From assembly GCF_001194135.2 (NCBI RefSeq), contig NC_068994.1:39861446-39925445 (forward strand): DNA of 64,000 bases, read 5' to 3'. Shown piece after piece: positions 25,213-38,094 of the stretch (positions are counted from its first letter, which is position 1; the number at the start of each line of letters is the position of its first letter). The notes under the pieces are model-generated. The model did not search any database and was not told where the DNA came from. It saw only the letters and a list, made by a program, of their open reading frames with translations. Both the position numbers and the translations under genes were made by a program. The stretch is from Octopus bimaculoides (Eukaryota).

Positions 25213-27140
25213 TATGGTAATAATATTAGGGAATAAAAAATCTATTCCAACCTTACAGGCAAGAATCGGTATAATATTATACCGGGTTTCCTAATATATA
25301 AGATATATGTATATAACTAATTTAGAGACGAACCACCACTCTACAACTCAGAACCCGTCCAAATTCATGCTGCGAGGCATATACCATCTTAATATATCTG
25401 ATAGTTTAATCCAAAAATTTATATTAAATAACATATTACATAAATAAATCATATAAATAAATCATAGAAATATTAATTTAAAAAATTATAATATATAATT
25501 GATTGTAATTGTAGAGATAAGACTAAAGGTAAATTTAATAACAGATGTAATGTTGAGGACGTAGTATATAAAGGTATAGTGATTTTGAAAGGTAATAACT
25601 GTAGTAATAATGATAACATAAATACTACTTACATTGGATTGACTTCCAATAAAATTAAATTCCGGGTGGTCCAACATATGAATTCTTTTATGAACAGTAA
25701 TTTAATGAACTATACGGGCCTTAGTAAATACATTTGGGAACTTAAATAAAAAAGAATAGAATACGAGTTAAAATGGGAAATAGTTTGCAAAGCTAAATCA
25801 TATAGGATAGTGAATAAATTCTGCTTATTATGTACTAACGAATTTAAAGAGATATTATTAAGTAATAAAAATGTTTTAACTTCCACGATGAACGTAATAT
25901 TAAATGCAGACATAAATTAAATTACTTATATTATAAGTTTAGATAACTAATTTATTTATTTAAACCTAGTATTAGGTACCAACTTATAGCTATGATCATT
26001 ATCGTAGAATACATCAAATTAGCTTTAGAATACATTTTAATCATCACAATATTATATAAAATTGGAACATATAACTACCTTTACTTTAAGTATTCAACGA
26101 TAACATGAACAGTCTTTTACAATGTTTCATAACATTATTTAAGTAATATATAACTTTCGTATTTGGTATAGTTATTATTCTGCGTAAATCTGAGAGTTTT
26201 AAGTATTTTAGTATTATTAATCTTCATTAAACTTTTTATTTTAGATAAATTTTCTTTTTCGATATTTTCGTTATTATTTTAGTAATTATAACACGTACTT
26301 ACCTCTGGTAATGGACGCCATGTTTATCACGTGACTTTTCAGTATTAATCTTCATAGCATTATTTACGTAATATAGAATTTTCGTACGTGTATAGTTATT
26401 ACTCTGCGTTAATTTACAAGTTTAGGTATTTTAGTATTTCTAATCCTCAAGAAACGTTTTATTTTAGGTAGATTTTCTTTTTCGATATTTTCGTTATTAT
26501 TTTAATAATTATAATACGCATGTACTTCTGGGTAATAGACGCCATATCACGTGACCTTTTAGAATAAATTCTATAGCACAGCCATTTTGTTTTAATTATA
26601 CAGTCACCAGCCGGCAGATAAGTCATGTTTTCTTATTTTAATTTTATAAACAATATTGACATCCGTCTTTTAATAACTTTATACATTAACACATTTTTGT
26701 TTACTATTATCTACTTATTCCATAATGTTTTAACCTTGTTTACTATAATACTCTTTTTCAATATTTTTAGATTGTAACTCTTAATGATTATTATAATACC
26801 GTTAATGTAGGGATTAGTTTACAGATTTTGTCTCTTTATATATCTTTCTATTTCTCATGTTTATGTTTATTCTTTGAATAATTTTAGGTATTTTCTTAGA
26901 GATTTGACCTGAAGAGTGATTGATTTTGGGAGTAAAATCATTTCCCCGTTCTAATGAACTTGGATAGAATTTGCTTATGATTTTATATAGTCCTATTTCA
27001 GCCATGGAACGTGCGTAGTCTATGTACTAGCACTAACTTTTTACATTTATACTTCCATACTGTATATTATCGTATTAATTTTTACTGTCCAATTTATAAA
27101 TTTGACTTTAAAATTTTTTAAATTAATATTTCTATGTATA
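25213..27140. mobile_element. Composite Penelope-like insertion in a (TA)n tract: endonuclease fragment, 225-bp tandem duplication and inverted end
   Basis: CpG-richer block between TA repeats. It contains the GIY-YIG fragment, a 225-bp diverged tandem repeat (26128-26578) and a 25-bp perfect inverted match (25463-25487 vs 27112-27136). Confidence 0.6.
25501..25946 (+). pseudogene. Cys-rich GIY-YIG endonuclease of a Penelope-like element (one stop, one frameshift); missed by the ORF track
   Basis: Manual translation: DCNCRDKTKGKFNNRCNVEDVVYKGIV...TYIGLTSNKIKFRVVQHMNSF...TGLSKYIWELK*KRIEYELKWEIVCKAKSY...FCLLCTNE...NVL / FHDERNIKCRHKLNYLYYKFR*. The VY..YIG..R..H and catalytic E motifs are present, with CxC, CxxC and CRH. 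Confidence 0.85.
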
Positions 27141-27517
27141 TATATTAAATTAAATAACACAGCTGAAAGAGCTACTCATAGTTTCATGCTATTAGGATAC
27201 TTGAACAGTCATATTTATAAAATATGCCTTGTAACTTAATGCAATCTTTCAGGCTCTGTTTATGCGTTATATATAGTTTTTAAAAATAAGGATGCTGGAC
27301 AGCAAGAAAATAAGAAAAAAAACATGGAAAAAATTGTGAAGAAAGTTGGTGCAAAAAAATGGAACGAGAAAAAAGAAATTAAATCAAGAACTACAATCCT
27401 TGTCCACCTTGATTGCAGAAAGCTCATTAAATACAACTGACTTACAACAAAATAACTGAAAATATGTCAAAGTCTGTGAAACAGCAACTCAATCTGGAGT
27501 GAGTGGAGCTCTCCAAA

Positions 27518-27720
27518 CTGTGTGCATGTGTTTGTATGTATGAGTGTTTGAGTCTGTGAATGCATTTATGTGTTTCTGTGATATTGTGTGCATGTGTGCA
27601 CACACGTGTTTGTGTGCATGTGTTTATATGTTTGTGTGTGTATATATGAAGAAACAAATATTTACTCTGCCACTGAAAATATAACATGTGAAAAAATACT
27701 CCCAATCACATTTATGTAAT
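27518..27720 (+). repeat. Diverged local duplication (partner about 28625-28795)
   Basis: GTGTGCATGTGTTTG...TGCATTTATGTG.TTTCTGTG...GAAACAAATATTTA.TCT.C..C.GAAAATATAAC occurs in both places. Confidence 0.7.
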
Positions 27721-30700
27721 GCAGGGTAACCATGTATCTCTTCCAAGACACCTGTGCTGCCCTCTTTCATACTTAAGGTGTTGAAAGCAACACCTGGTGT
27801 AAAGCTACCTTCCCCTCTGAAACACTCCTAAGCCCACATAGTTGAAGGATCTTTTCCACTTCTTTTTCTATTTTACAAGTTACTTTTTGAGCTCACTAAT
27901 ACCAGTTACATAAGAAAAGCACCCAGCACATACTGTAAAGCAGTTGGTGTTAAGAGGAGCATCCAGCTGTAGAAACCATGTCCACAGATGACATCGGAGC
28001 TCTGTCGTCATCGTCATCATCACCACCACAGTGACGACGACGACAACGAGGAGGAAGAGAAGGTAGGGAGGATGATGACGATGATGAGGAAGACAATGAC
28101 AATGAGGACAAGGATGAGGAAGAGGAGAAACATGTCAATGATGATGGTACGGATATGATTTGAAACTGACTATTGAAAATTTCAACTGGAGGAGAACTGT
28201 TGTTTGATACAGGGATCAGTCTGTTGGAACCCTATAATCAACAAGGTTATTCTTCACAAATACAGGAAAGAAAAAAAATTAATAAATAAAAGCAAAACAT
28301 TCAAAAATAATATGTTATTACAAATTCTCTCACATTAGCTCTAAAGCACTCTGAGAATTATTTAGAAATATTATTTGAGATTAGCTTCAGCTGTTAAAAA
28401 TTAATTAATTACGAAGTGAAAAGGTATCTTTTTTTGCCTTTATTCTTGGGTCTTTCTCAATATTTCACTTTTAAATATGTTTGAATTTTACATGTTCATG
28501 TACATTGGTGTTTGTAACAGAACAGCTTATAAATAAAATCTGGTTAAGATTTCCACTCAACACAAACTCAGAATTGCAATAGCTTTATTCTCATTATACG
28601 TGTGTATGTTTGGCGTGTATGTGAATGTGTGCATGTGTTTGCATGAGTGTCTGAATCTGTGTATGCATTTATGTGTGTTTCTGTGAGTTTGTGTGTGTGT
28701 GTATGTGCATGTGTTTATATGTTTATAAGTGTGTATGTGAGGAAACAAATATTTAGTCTTCCTCAGAAAATATAACCTGGAGACAAATCACAAGAGCTTC
28801 GGCAGCCACTATGCACATGCATTCACACATGCACGCACACACACAAACAAACAAGCACATGTATTTTCATATATATATATGAATGGATATACGCACTAAT
28901 AAACACACATGCAAGTATACAATATATCATCATACATAAGTCACACCTCCTTTGTGTTTGCAATATTATTTTGGCTTCAGCCCTTGACACATACAAAAGT
29001 CACATGTTGCTTTTCATGACTACTGTTTGCAACTTTGCTGGCGTTTGCATTTAAATAATGAACACAATTAGCTAGAATTATCCAAGTCATTGCCAATACT
29101 GTCTAGCAAAGTTGCAGAGCCATAGATGTCATAGCAATGTTTTTCTATGATCTATGCCTGGAACAAACAGACCAACCTGTGCTTTTAAATCACCTCTCCT
29201 GATTGACTGATAACATAAATAACATAAACACCATCTAATGGGAATTATGATTACAACCAACTGATAGAGAACTGTGTGTGTATGTTCTATGCACATGGAG
29301 GGTGTGATATATTGATTCATGTTACTGTGTATCATCATAAGAACATTTATTTTATGGTAAACTCTAATTTTGCTTAAGTGGTTATGTTTGTTTTCATGCA
29401 TAATGTCATCAATGAATGTTTGTATAAAGCAGTGATATTCCTATAGACTGTGTAGTGTTATGACAAATAGGTCCTACTTACTGATTTGTTTAATTCCCAT
29501 AGTTATAAAGTTGTAGCCCCAACTACTTGCTTAGGTGAACTATGATTCTGTTTCCAAGGTTCATAGGCATCTATATCACAAGAATATGAGGATCAGTTAT
29601 GTGAAACTGAGTCTCAGTTTGTGAAGTTTTATCAGCTTCAAGAAAACACTATAAGTGTGTGTATGTATGTATGTATGTATGTATGTATGTATGTGTGTAT
29701 GCATGTATGTATGTAGACATATACACATATAGATTCATGCATTCATGCACGTCTGTGTGTGTGTGTGTGTGTAGCCCTTGATAGGATTGTTAACTTCCAT
29801 CTAACTTCATCTCAGAATGACCTTATTTTATCTGCCTCTTCTTACTTTAGCATTCCTCTAAGCTGAACAATAGTAATAAACCAAAACTTTCAATTAAACC
29901 ATAGCTTTCAAGTAAATTTCTGTTTCTGACTAAGGAATAAATCATTGCTATATCTTGTTCTCCCTCTGATGACTGAACAGATTGCTGATATATGGATTAC
30001 TACCATTTGTTTTGCATATCTTGTGCCATCGGTACATCTGCTTTTGAAACAGCTGTAGAAGACTTTCTGCACACCTATTTACTTCCTTCCTTCTTATGAT
30101 TGATACTCACATAACATCATGTTGAAAGATATGTCATAATCTAACCTGATACTAATTGTTTTGCATGATTATACTTTTATCTTTTCATACTTATATCTGT
30201 TTATCTGTCTGTCTTGCTTTCGCCCCCCCCCCCAACCGCCTCTCTATCTATCTATCTAACTATACATACATATATACATACCCATTACAATTCGTCTTGG
30301 CCTAACAGTCCTAAATGTCTGTCTTTGTTGATTGTTTATTTCCGTACATCGACTATGTCTAACCTTCCGCAAAGTATTGTGAGGTTATTTTTATCTCTCC
30401 CTACCTCAAATTTCAATACTTTGTCTCTTTAAAATGTAAATTATATATATTTTCTTGCTTTTCTCTATAATTGCTTATTATTTTGTTTTCTTATTTTGAT
30501 ATCTTTACCTATTTAACCTCTTATCCCTTATAAGTTGTTACAGTTCTTAGAGATACAAACTTTCTAGGTACTTAAGTTTATGAGAGCTGATTATAACATA
30601 TCCATAATAAAGTATAAATATTTGTGTATATTTGCATGTGTGCACATAGTTAAATATGTGTGTGTATCTGTATACATTGTTAAATTTGTGTGTGTATCTG

Positions 30701-31580
30701 TACACAACTTATTATTTTTTCTGTTTTTTTTCTTCTGATTATTAGCTTATAATTAATATATAGATAACATGATTTATCATTCCAGTATTCCATAAGTAAA
30801 TACCCAGAGCAGTTTTCATAGAAACCACCTAACAAGTAAATAATTAAATACATGAATGAACATTAAACTAATTCTATGTAATCTTCTCTTTCTAATGTTG
30901 AAAATTGGTATATATACACATTTTATCTGTTTTGGTTATAATATTATTTTTAATAATCTTAAATTTTATCTTTATACAACATAATATTGTTCATATACAT
31001 TCACCCATAGTACCCCATGATAATTTCCTCTGTATTGACATCGTACGTTTTATTAGTCTTGCTCCTTTAACTGGTAATTAACATCTTGATTAGGGGTCTT
31101 CCCCCACCCAGCCTCCTTTATAAACAGTTACTTTATACTAATCTTAGAAATCTTGACAATATTTATGACCATACCCAGCTATATGCTGTCAACTCACTCC
31201 TGCCCTCCATTCTAAACAGACAGTCCTCTAGTCTTAGATTTGGTAGTTGATAAAAAGACTAATAAATTAAAATTGGACCACAATCCTTTACAAGTTATGA
31301 CCTCAAAAACTTTATATAATTCTTAGAAGTGTAGCATATTCTTAGCTACATTAGATTGTAACATGGACTCTTTTCATCTTCTTGCTCTATTAGAGCATTT
31401 CAGTAAAATTATATTAATGTGTCCAACTGATTAAAAATTCTATTTATTTATTCATGCAGCTGAGGATAGGCCTGCATTTAAATTGATGTAATGATTGCAT
31501 TGTTTAATTAAATGGAGCTGCTTGAAACGGTCGTACTGCATCACCTCTTGATATCCTGATGCTTATTTTGATATATATAT

Positions 31581-32052
31581 ATATAAGAGACCAAAGTGTA
31601 CATACGCCACTATATTTTTTTATATATAAAAAATATAAAAATGGGACAAGAATGCAAAACATCCAGACAGACGATACAAAGAAAACAAGGACGATACAAA
31701 AACAAGGGTCATTCGGAATTTTTTGTCCTCATTTGAGTCCCAGATTATCTTTGCAATTTCAGCTGGTTATACTTGAGATTGCTCCAATTTGGCCAGCCCC
31801 ATGAAAAAACTAAGCTAAGAGCATTAGATTCCTTGGAAGAAAGCAGCGAATGTATACAGAAACAAGGACGGAAAATAACGGAGAAATGTTACACAATGAC
31901 CCATCCTTGTTTTGTTTGTATCGTCTGTCTGGATGTTTTGTTGTCCCCTTTTTTGTATCACCTAACTGTCTGGATGTTTTGCATTCTTGTCCCATTTTTG
32001 TATTTTTTATATATAAGATATAGTGGCATACGTACACTTTGGTCTCTTATAT
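31581..32052. mobile_element. Foldback/MITE-like element with long terminal inverted repeats in TA context
   Basis: ATATAAGAGACCAAAGTGTAC...GCCACTATAT...AAAAATGGGACAAGAATGCAAAACATCCAGACAG at left matches the reverse complement of the right end for about 120-150 bp. The spacer is about 190 bp and non-coding. Confidence 0.8.
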
Positions 32053-33022
32053 GTAAGTATATATATCTAAATTTTGTACGTCTCTATTATTCTCTCTATT
32101 CTTTCATTCTTTCCTTCTTTCTATCAGCCCTTTCACACTTACTTTGTTCATTCCACTCTTCCTTCTTTTGTTACCCCCTCTCCATTTGTGGATTTTAACT
32201 ACTCCTTCTAGTGGTTTAGATGAATTATGGTCATCTCTTATGTGTTTAAATGTACACTGTATATATAATGAATAATATATAGTCTATTGACTAGTTTTTC
32301 TACAAACTAAGCCACAGTGGTAAAAAAAAAAAAAAAAATTCTAAATAATATTTTACCACCCTGAAATTTGTTAATACATACATACATACATACATATATA
32401 TATATGTATGTATGAAAGTTTCTATTTACTAAATCCACTCTCAAGGCTTTGAGCAGCTCCAGACACTTGCCCAAGGTACCATGCAGTGGGACTGAACCTG
32501 GAACCATGTGGTTGGGAAGCAAGCTTCTTATCAAACAAACAGCCATCTACACCTAATATATGTATTATATTATATTATTTTGTATTATATTTTAGATATA
32601 TACATATATATAGTTATACACACACAGGAAGAATATTGATAATAGATTTTACTTTTTGTTGTTTTTATTTTGTATTCAACATTGTTTTGTACATTGTGTA
32701 TGATAACATTAACATGCACCAACATATTTTAAGTTGACAGTCCTTCTTATTTATAAGCAATTTGTGCATCAAACTACTTGCAGCAAAATTGCCAACCACC
32801 TACATAACCACACAATGCAGTTGTAGTGATAATTTCTTAAATTTACATGATAGTTGTTATTCTGAAGTAACTTTCAAGTGCCACTAATAAACTATGGCAA
32901 TACAATAGCAGTATTTTCTAAATCAAATATGTAAACATACAGTACAATCTGCAGGCAAAATAAATCATTTATGAGAAGTGAATTAAATATTTATTACAAT
33001 CTGGTAAGAGATTTGAAAGAAA

Positions 33023-33056
<34 letters not shown>

Positions 33057-33088
33057 CCACTTGTGCGGTACCTTACAACTTTACTTTG

Positions 33089-33129
<41 letters not shown>

Positions 33130-36100
33130 CGTATACATATATATACAAACTGAAGAATCAGCATATTTAATTACCAGTTAAATACTCTGTAACAGATTTA
33201 TCCTGCAAAAGCCTGTCTTTGGATTTTAACCAACAATCCATCAGTCAATGAAGGAACCCCTACAAGAGAGATTACTCGACCTGCTAAAAATAGCAGTTAC
33301 TATATATATCATATAGAAAATAATATCTAGAACAACATCAGTTTACGAAGTATTATCTTTAATCTTGTTTCAGTCACTGGATTGCAGCCATACTGGGGTA
33401 CCACTTTAGTTAGGCAAACTGACCCCCAGTACTTATTTTTTTAAGTTTCATACTTGCTTCATCCATCTCTGTACCATTTAGTAGCCGTTGGTGGTACAAT
33501 GGCTACAGACAGTCTGTAACTGAGGCTACAGAGGATCTGTAACCTCAGCAGCAATAGTAGAAAAGGCAGTGTGAAAAGACAGCACATCTATGATTCAGAG
33601 ATTAGAGTGAGTTGTAGGGGGAAACTTCATGTTAGTTGGTTTAATTTAATGGAATCTTTAGAGCACTAGACAAAATGTCTTGTGGTATCTGCTCACAGTG
33701 CTCTACATTCTGAGTTCAAATCCCAATGAGGGCTGAAGTTGACTTTGATTATGAAATTAATCTTTATGATTATAACAGTAATGATGTTAAATAACTATCA
33801 AAAAACAGAATTGATATTTTTTGCAACTTACTTTCCCCTCAATAAACTTGACATGTCTCAACTGTATATAATTTCAAACATGACATTACTCAACAAGGGT
33901 TAGATTGGTCATAAAATTGCTTTCTACAATGAAGGGTAATGAAATTTTGATTTGATCTATTTGTTCTCTACAGTAAAAGGGTTAATAAAGTTTAGTAGGA
34001 GAACCAATAAAAAACGTAACAATCCAGGGTGATGGACTAGCAAAACTATAAAAACATCAGACTAAACATCTTGTGGTATTTGGGTCTTGAGTTCAAATCT
34101 TGCCAGAGCCTATATGGGTGGTAGACTTAATCTATTGCCTTGTTTAACACCACCACCACCACCACCACAACCACCTAGCATCTTATGTGTCTTCAGAAGA
34201 GTCCACCCTGTTGCAGATATTTGAGACAAGTCACCAGCTTGAGGATAACTTCCTCTCCTCACCTTTCACCAGTCTCCGAAACCCTGTAAAAAGTTATGGG
34301 CAATGTCTTACTTCCTGACTAAAAGACATAAAAAAACTGTTGTTGATATTATCTACTGTTCACCAATCCCAGCCCACTCAAATTTCTGGCCATCTGGCTA
34401 TAAACAAAATCATTTTCTCATAAGAATTTAGAAACCTCATCAGACATGAAATAATCTGATTTTAATGATAGAACAGGATTTGTTTTTTCATCCAAAGAGG
34501 TCTCTTTTTCATCCAATAATTACAAGCTATTATTTATATCTTTATTTACTTCAAGTTCCATCATTATTTTGTAAATGTATACAAGGCAATAAGCTGGCAG
34601 AATCATTTGCAAGTCAGGCAGGATGCTTACTGGCAGTTCTTCTGACTCTTTACATTCTGAGTTCAAATTCCTACAAGGTTGACTGAGCCTTTCATCCTCT
34701 CAATCCCAATAAAATAAGTGCCAGTTATATACTGGGGTTGATGTCATCGACTTAACCCTTACCCTCTTCTAAAATTGCTAACCTTGTTCCAAAATTTGAA
34801 ACTATTATTTTTTGCCTATTTAAATGCTTATGGCTCCCTTCTTTTAACACAATCTTTCACATTATTTACAATCTCAAAATTTTTAATACTAAAGAGGCCA
34901 TCATAACTATTTCTGATAAACATATCTAAATCAACCAAAGTGAAGTAACAACAAAATTTAATAACAGTTTGGCTAGATTACAGCATACTGCAAAGCTCCA
35001 CCCCTTACACACACACACACACACACACACACANNNNNNNNNNNNNNNNNNNNNNNNNNNNATATATATATATACACACACACATACCTATAAATATATT
35101 CTCACACACACACACACACACACATGAATGAGCTGACAAATAGTGCCAAAATTATTGCTAATGGCATTGAGAGGAGATTAATCAAGATATTATCAACTAC
35201 AATAACATTAAATAAATAGAGACTGATAATTGCTTCAGATTATTGTAAGCATTTTTGAATAATAGCAGTGATACAGCAGCTGCATTATTTTTTTTATCAT
35301 AACACTTATCTTAATAGTAAATTGAAACAGTGATACTATCATCATATGATTTAATCACTAATGATGGGATGGCACAGATAGTTGACTGCCAGGCTAAATG
35401 TTATGAAGTAGTTAGCCTCGTTCCAATACATTATGAGTTTATAGTCTGTCAATGTTGAATCTAGCGATTTAAATCTGCATCTACAATATTCAGCAGGTAT
35501 GACTGAGTGGCTAAGAAGTTTACTGCCCAACAGCATGGGTTTGGTTTCAATTCCATTGCATGGCACCTTGAGCAAGTGCCTTCTACTCTAGCTCTAGGCT
35601 AACCAAAGCCTTATGAGTGGATTTGGTAGAGGAAAACTAACAAATCTTTTTGTATATTATTTACATGTGTGTGTGTGTATTTTGACATCACATTATTGTT
35701 GTGTAGATGAATGATATTTATTTCCAATATTCTGCAAAAATGTCTGGTCAAATGTCTGGCAGTGGCAGCAATGGTGGTGGTAGTGGTGGTGATGGTGGTA
35801 TGGTGATAATGTTGATGGTCATCTTGATCATGATCATGTTCATGATGATATGAAGTAATATACTAAACATGCTGAGTTCTTTGTGGTATCAGATACAATT
35901 TCTTGTGGTATTTATTCTGGTCCTCCCTGATATAAGCTCAACTCAACTTCTGCTCAGATTCTGTTTTACTTTTAATTTGCAAATAGTAATCGAGAAAGGT
36001 GAATTGAAAGAATTGTTTGAGTGTCTGGATGAAATTCCCCATGAACTCTATTCTAGCTCTATGTACTCTGAGATCAAATTGCATCTCTTATCTCATATCA

Positions 36101-36309
36101 CTAGTCTTCTTATGATAGGACAAGGATTTAGGGTTTTCAGAACAAAGGGATAGACCCAACCTGTGTCAGACATCTTAATTGCATCAATATTTAGAAATAT
36201 GGACCTTGTACCTAGGAAGATAAATGGAGGGGAAGAAAATACAAAAAAATATTATTCTCATAGCAAATGCTACAATCACTACAATCATGCACAACACATC
36301 AGCAAGACT

Positions 36310-36770
36310 GTCACTATGTGATCATGCAACTTGTTAGAAATAGCAGTCACATCTCCCTCAAACCAGACCCTGACATTTAAAAAGAAAATAAAACATGATT
36401 TTTTGACATAGTTCTAGAAATGCAGCATGAAATAAAGATGGAATGGTCACACACGGAATGACTTTGATCATCAATTTACTAATTGTAAGTTCCCCTGGGG
36501 TTAAGCATCATCATCAATTAATAATAGATCCTCTATGTGGGCACATGAACTTCTAGAAATAGCAGCCAAATTTTTACCTCAAACCATACTCTTATCTTAA
36601 AAACAAACAAAATAAGAAAATGAATGCCACATTAGTTAATGCAGTCCTAGATACACAGTGGTTAAACTGAAAAGAGGCTGCATGGTCACAGCTGGAACAC
36701 ATTTTCATAAGTTAATTTTTTTCCATTGGGAATGATCCGAGACTAAATAAGAACAACAGTGACAACATGA
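36310..36770 (+). mobile_element. Two tandem decayed copies of a further short interspersed repeat (family D)
   Basis: TAGAAATAGCAG.C...CTC..AAA...GATGGAATGGTCAC...CTGGGG motif occurs twice. Related pieces lie at 3640-3990, 33265-33300, 45360-45470(-) and 47125-47240. Confidence 0.55.
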
Positions 36771-38094
36771 TGCTCATTGGAATTGTATTTATATAAAAGT
36801 CTAAAGAGAGAAAATAATTCACTTGTATGAGAACCACATGTTTCTGAAGGATAGTATTGACATTCCTGTCTGCTGATGTTGTGAATGTTGTGTCTGCTTT
36901 TAAACTAAACAGGATGCAGTGTGACTACATGGCTTGCTAGACGCATTTAGCAAGCAAGAATAACTGACCAATGATACCAGGAATAAACATAGTTATTGAA
37001 ATAAACATATTGCTAGTATGGTTGTGATATCTTGTCAAAGTAGAATCAGTTTTAGAAGCAATGGCTAAAAGTAAAGATGACAGCATGAAAATCTTTTAAG
37101 AACAGTGCTGTAGTTATTTCTGTATATAATTGCATCAATGTAAAAGGAGCTAATTTCAGCTTCTTAAATACTTGTCTAATTTTGCTGCACAATCTTGTTA
37201 GGATAATCTTTATTTCTAATAGTCATATTACATTGTCTGAATATAATAAAGACATGAGTATTGATTTACAACATAAACACAAGGCCTCAAATGAGCACAG
37301 TTGATTAGACTGATGTACAACTCAGTTGGTATGCATTTTATTGACTCCAGAAGGATGAAAGGAAAAGTTAAGCACAGTGGGATTTGAACACTAAACACAA
37401 AGATGTACAGCTAAATACTGCACAATATTTTAGTCCATTAATTTACTTGTTCTGCTAAGCCAATCTATCACCCTTTAAACACATGAATATTAATGCAGAG
37501 ATAGTAACACAACTGAAGGTGGTGGTGGTGGTGTTGGTGATGGAGCACTAAACTCCTGATGGAGTTGAAGGGGCACCATTATGACATAGTGTGCCTTGGA
37601 CATCGTTAAAACCTGGCAAAGCCATTCTTCCCAAGGCACGTGTCTGTGTATGTGAGGGAGAGAGGAGGAAGAGGAGAGAGATGGGAAGAAAGAGAGAGAG
37701 AGAAAGTGAGAGAGAAGAGAGAAAAGAATCAATCTCTCAGTACTTGATTAGTTATTTATTTATTGACCTCAAAATCTTCAAAGGTAGAGTTGACCTCAAC
37801 AGAATTTGAACTCAGAATTCAGAGAGCTAGATCAAATACTGCATTGCATTCTATCCAATGCTCTAATGACTCTACCAATCAACCACTTTAGAATGGAAGG
37901 CTCTCAATCAGATAAGATCTCTTTGAAGTTTCTAAACAGTATTATTCTTCTCTGAGTGTAACCTTGAAGCCATCATTTTATATAACCAGAGCCTGTCATT
38001 AACTATAGTGACCATTACTAACCATGGAAGGAAATCTGTCGCAGATCCCACAAATTACATGACACCTTAAGAATGATATAGCTTTTATTATTTA

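Noticed and set aside
25255-25300. 18-bp palindrome CGGTATAATATTATACCG next to minus-strand GAAAC, as a hammerhead stem III
   Set aside because: The geometry is suggestive, but no CUGANGA box or stem I partner is found upstream.
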